Shown: positions 42,674-45,310 of the stretch, in pieces
Numbering within the stretch: the stretch's first letter is position 1
Layout: every line of letters begins with the position of its first letter
Assembly: GCA_964608945.1 (NCBI GenBank)
Contig: CAZSQB010000002.1
Coordinates: 1,262-46,571, forward strand
DNA from: an uncultured Gammaproteobacteria bacterium
GTDB lineage: Bacteria > Patescibacteriota > Microgenomatia > Levybacterales > UBA12049
Reading direction: 5' to 3'
Length of the DNA stretch: 45,310 nucleotides
Notes under the pieces: generated by a model
The model's database searches: none
Seen by the model: the letters and a program-made list of their open reading frames with translations, nothing else
Told to the model about the DNA's origin: nothing
Translations under genes and position numbers: made by a program

Positions 42674-44551
42674 ATGATTTTTTCAGACCCCATTTTTTCA
42701 TTTCTTCATAGGCTTTACGCTGTTTTTCAGGGAAGGATTTCTTACTTAAGTGAAGATTTTACCGGCATCTCCTTAAACATCAAAACAGTTGGTATTTTCA
42801 TTTTACAAGCACTGATTGGTTTTGCTTGCATCGCAATCATATTCTTAATAGGCAATAGAATTAGACAGAGATTTTTTCTTGAAGAAGGAGATAAGAATGT
42901 ATTTCTTTCTATTGCTTTCGGATATATTACTGTTGGAATAGGTATTGCATTGCTTGGAATATATTCATTGTTAACACCAATCTATCTTGTTCTTTATATA
43001 GTAGTTGTTTGTGTAATTGCGTTACACAAACTGAATATCAGTTCTACAAAAATATTTGTTGCAGACTTTTTTAGAAGTCTCCTACCGATTAAGAAAAACA
43101 AAGTCATTATCGCTTTCATATTGCTTTTTTTAATTGTTGGATTTCTACGGCTATTACTTCCAGAAACTGGAGTAGATGCGCTGTGGTATCACACTGATTA
43201 TCCAAAGCAATATTTACAAAGGGGAACAATGATGGTTCCAGTAAAGGGGAATTTATATCTTGCTGCAACACCACAACTTGGTCAGATGCCGTACGTTATA
43301 TTTACCTTTCTTGGATTAGTCGACGCTGCACGAATTTTTCATTTCTTATTTTTGATTTTAGTTCTAGTATTGTTATACCACATCTCTAAAGATCTAACTT
43401 CCCCAAACGCTGGCTTAGCGACTGCACTACTTTTCATTACCTCGCCAATTATTTTACGTCATGCTCCAACAGCATATGTTGATTTTCAGTGGTTGTTTTT
43501 TTGGTTGCTTTCGCTTTGGATTCTATTAAAAGCGAAGATCTTACGTCTGAAAATAATAATACTAACTGGTGTATTGTTTGGTGGGTTATTATCGATGAAA
43601 CTTCTGGCTATTGTCTTCTTTCCTGTTTTCCTCATCTATATTCTATTAAAAAGTAAAGATGGATCATTTTCTGCCTTGAAAAACTTGTTGTTGTTTCTGT
43701 TTACGGCGGGAGCCGTTGTTTCCATTTGGTATATAAGAGCGTTTGTTATGACCGGTAATCCTTTTTACCCGCAATTTGCTTCTATGCAAAATGAATTCAG
43801 TAGCGTTTTAGCTTTAAATGACTTTCTATCATTAGCTTATTGGCAATACAAGGTACAGGGTGTTTTTAATATCTTAGATTTTAGTTTTTTATCCGCAGTT
43901 GCATTAGCTGGATTATTTTTTCTTCAAAAAAATCAACTCATGGTGCTTATGCGAGCAAATTTATTCATATTTTTTTGTTTGGTTGCTTTATTATTTTTCT
44001 TTTTACCAACACCATTTTTTATTGGGAGACATTTAATCTATCTATATAGTTTAATTATCCTTTTATTTGCATTGCCATTGGCAAATATCTACGAAAGATT
44101 TCTTCTTGCGAGAAGAGGGATACAATTAGCACTTTTATTGTTATTTAGCTACTATTTTATTAGTACGCTCGCGTTACTCCCATACGGTTTTGGATGGGCT
44201 GAGACAAATAAGTACTTAACTCGTACACTTGAGAATGATAACTCAAGTTATTACGATTATGATCGAAAATTCTCAAAATATATTGGCAAAAATGAAACAG
44301 TGGCAACATATAAAGTACAAGGGCTCTACTATGCAAGTTTCGAACCTAAAGACGTTGCATTACTGCTAGAAGAAAAGGAAAACATTTATACACAACTTGA
44401 GAAGTATAATATTAGTAAGCTTCTTATAAAAGGTGGGGACACACAGTGGTTTTGTAGCAATACAAAGTATCAAGCATGTGATGTAAAAAACTTCGTCCTT
44501 CTAGCAAAGCACGAGCCGGCAAAGCTTTATTTATATATAATAAATGAATGA
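42674..44551 (+). CDS. Polytopic membrane glycosyltransferase, GT-C fold (ArnT/GT39-like)
   Basis: About 625 aa. A loop motif (PETGVDALWYHTDYPKQYLQRG) follows the early TM segments, with more than 12 hydrophobic segments and a soluble C-terminal domain. ATG 42674 is preferred over TTG 42632. Confidence 0.7.
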   Translation: MIFSDPIFSFLHRLYAVFQGRISYLSEDFTGISLNIKTVGIFILQALIGFACIAIIFLIGNRIRQRFFLEEGDKNVFLSIAFGYITVGIGIALLGIYSLLTPIYLVLYIVVVCVIALHKLNISSTKIFVADFFRSLLPIKKNKVIIAFILLFLIVGFLRLLLPETGVDALWYHTDYPKQYLQRGTMMVPVKGNLYLAATPQLGQMPYVIFTFLGLVDAARIFHFLFLILVLVLLYHISKDLTSPNAGLATALLFITSPIILRHAPTAYVDFQWLFFWLLSLWILLKAKILRLKIIILTGVLFGGLLSMKLLAIVFFPVFLIYILLKSKDGSFSALKNLLLFLFTAGAVVSIWYIRAFVMTGNPFYPQFASMQNEFSSVLALNDFLSLAYWQYKVQGVFNILDFSFLSAVALAGLFFLQKNQLMVLMRANLFIFFCLVALLFFFLPTPFFIGRHLIYLYSLIILLFALPLANIYERFLLARRGIQLALLLLFSYYFISTLALLPYGFGWAETNKYLTRTLENDNSSYYDYDRKFSKYIGKNETVATYKVQGLYYASFEPKDVALLLEEKENIYTQLEKYNISKLLIKGGDTQWFCSNTKYQACDVKNFVLLAKHEPAKLYLYIINE

Positions 44552-45297
44552 CAATTAGTGCTGTCGTTTTAGCAAAAAATGAGGAAAGAAATATCGAGCG
44601 GTGTATTGCGTCTCTATTGTGGTGTGATGAAATAGTAGTGATTGATGACAATTCCAAAGATAAAACAGTAAGTAAGGCGAAGAAATATAAGGTAAAACTA
44701 TATCAGCGCAGCTTGCATAATAATTTTGCACAACAGCGTAATTTTGGCCTTGAGAATGCGTCATCTGAATGGATATTCTTTGTCGATGCGGACGAGGTTG
44801 TCACAGATAGATTACAAAAAGAAATAGTCTCCATAATTCATTCAGAGAATACGTTGAATGCTTACTCTTTTAAGAGAAAAGATACTATGTGGGGAAGAGA
44901 ACTTAGTTACGGAGAATCGGGAAATATTCGCCTTATTCGTCTTGGGAAAAAGGGGAGTGGGATGTGGAAAGGAAATGTCCACGAGAGGTGGAACGTAAAG
45001 GGTCCTGTTGGCGCGCTCACAGAATCTCTCCGTCATTATCCTCACCAAACGGTTTATGAGTTTGTTTCGGAGATAAATTATTACTCAACTATTCGGGCAA
45101 AGGAGTTGTATAAGAAAAATGTATCCGCACATGGAATAGATCTAGTTATCTATCCTAAAGCAAAGTTTATATACAACTATTTTCTAAGACTAGGGTGTAT
45201 GGATGGCATCGAAGGGTTTCTGCTTGCTGTAATGATGAGTTTTCATTCATTTCTCGTTCGGGCAAAATTATGGCTCCTATGGCAAGAGAAAAAATAA
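44548..45297 (+). CDS. Glycosyltransferase family 2 (small, WaaE/KdtX-like)
   Basis: Motifs are ISAVVLAKNEERNIERCIASLLWCDEIVVIDDNSKDKT and QRNFGLENASSEWIFFVDADE. The start overlaps the upstream stop (ATGA). Confidence 0.85.
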   Translation: MTISAVVLAKNEERNIERCIASLLWCDEIVVIDDNSKDKTVSKAKKYKVKLYQRSLHNNFAQQRNFGLENASSEWIFFVDADEVVTDRLQKEIVSIIHSENTLNAYSFKRKDTMWGRELSYGESGNIRLIRLGKKGSGMWKGNVHERWNVKGPVGALTESLRHYPHQTVYEFVSEINYYSTIRAKELYKKNVSAHGIDLVIYPKAKFIYNYFLRLGCMDGIEGFLLAVMMSFHSFLVRAKLWLLWQEKK

Positions 45298-45310
45298 CTA
45301 TTTTCTTCGC

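Noticed and set aside
1-45310. Possible alternative genetic code (UGA recoded, as in some candidate phyla).
   Set aside because: TGA terminates several well-supported genes at the expected length, for example ileS at 6202-6204, rpmA at 8120-8122 and the GT2 at 14171-14173. The standard bacterial code fits.

Overview
This 45.3-kb window comes from a low-GC bacterium that uses the standard genetic code (TGA is a stop, for example at the end of ileS). Gene content and style suggest a small-genome Patescibacteria/CPR-like organism; this is inference only. Positions 1-9700 are a housekeeping block. It holds an ftsZ 3' end, a small DUF5678-like gene, a GT-C membrane glycosyltransferase with a methyltransferase, ileS, a SEDS (FtsW/RodA) gene, rplU, rpmA, parB, lepB and tRNA-Val(CAC). 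Positions 9701-13202 are a tRNA-adjacent islet. It holds orphan genes, a decayed methyltransferase, and DUF2007-like and Excalibur-like small proteins, and two of its promoters share an identical 14-nt upstream box. Positions 13346-45297 are a very dense surface-glycosylation supercluster. Window-wide I count about 17 glycosyltransferase-like genes: 8 polytopic GT-C/YfhO/DUF2723-like membrane proteins, 7 GT2 (4 of them Dpm1/ArnC-like) and 2 GT4. One GT-C gene lies upstream at 478-2088 and the other 16 are in this block. The supercluster also has one Wzx-like flippase, three paralogous Zn-ribbon C-methyltransferases, two UDP-sugar dehydrogenases, SDR epimerase/reductases and a cupin. Its most notable organisation is repeated modules: (dehydrogenase + ArnC-like GT2 + GT-C) occurs twice in tandem, and (C-methyltransferase translationally coupled to Dpm1-like GT2, next to a GT-C) also occurs twice. 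Other signals are listed here.
- A 105-bp palindromic element is inserted in frame in ileS.
- A related GC-rich hairpin lies in frame in a GT2 gene.
- ileS contains two heptanucleotide tandem repeats.
- A -10 box sits 5-9 nt upstream of many start codons, a leaderless-type arrangement.
- Two methyltransferase remnants are present.
No rRNA, CRISPR array, transposase or integrase was seen. All family assignments come from motif recognition by eye and need HMM or structure confirmation.
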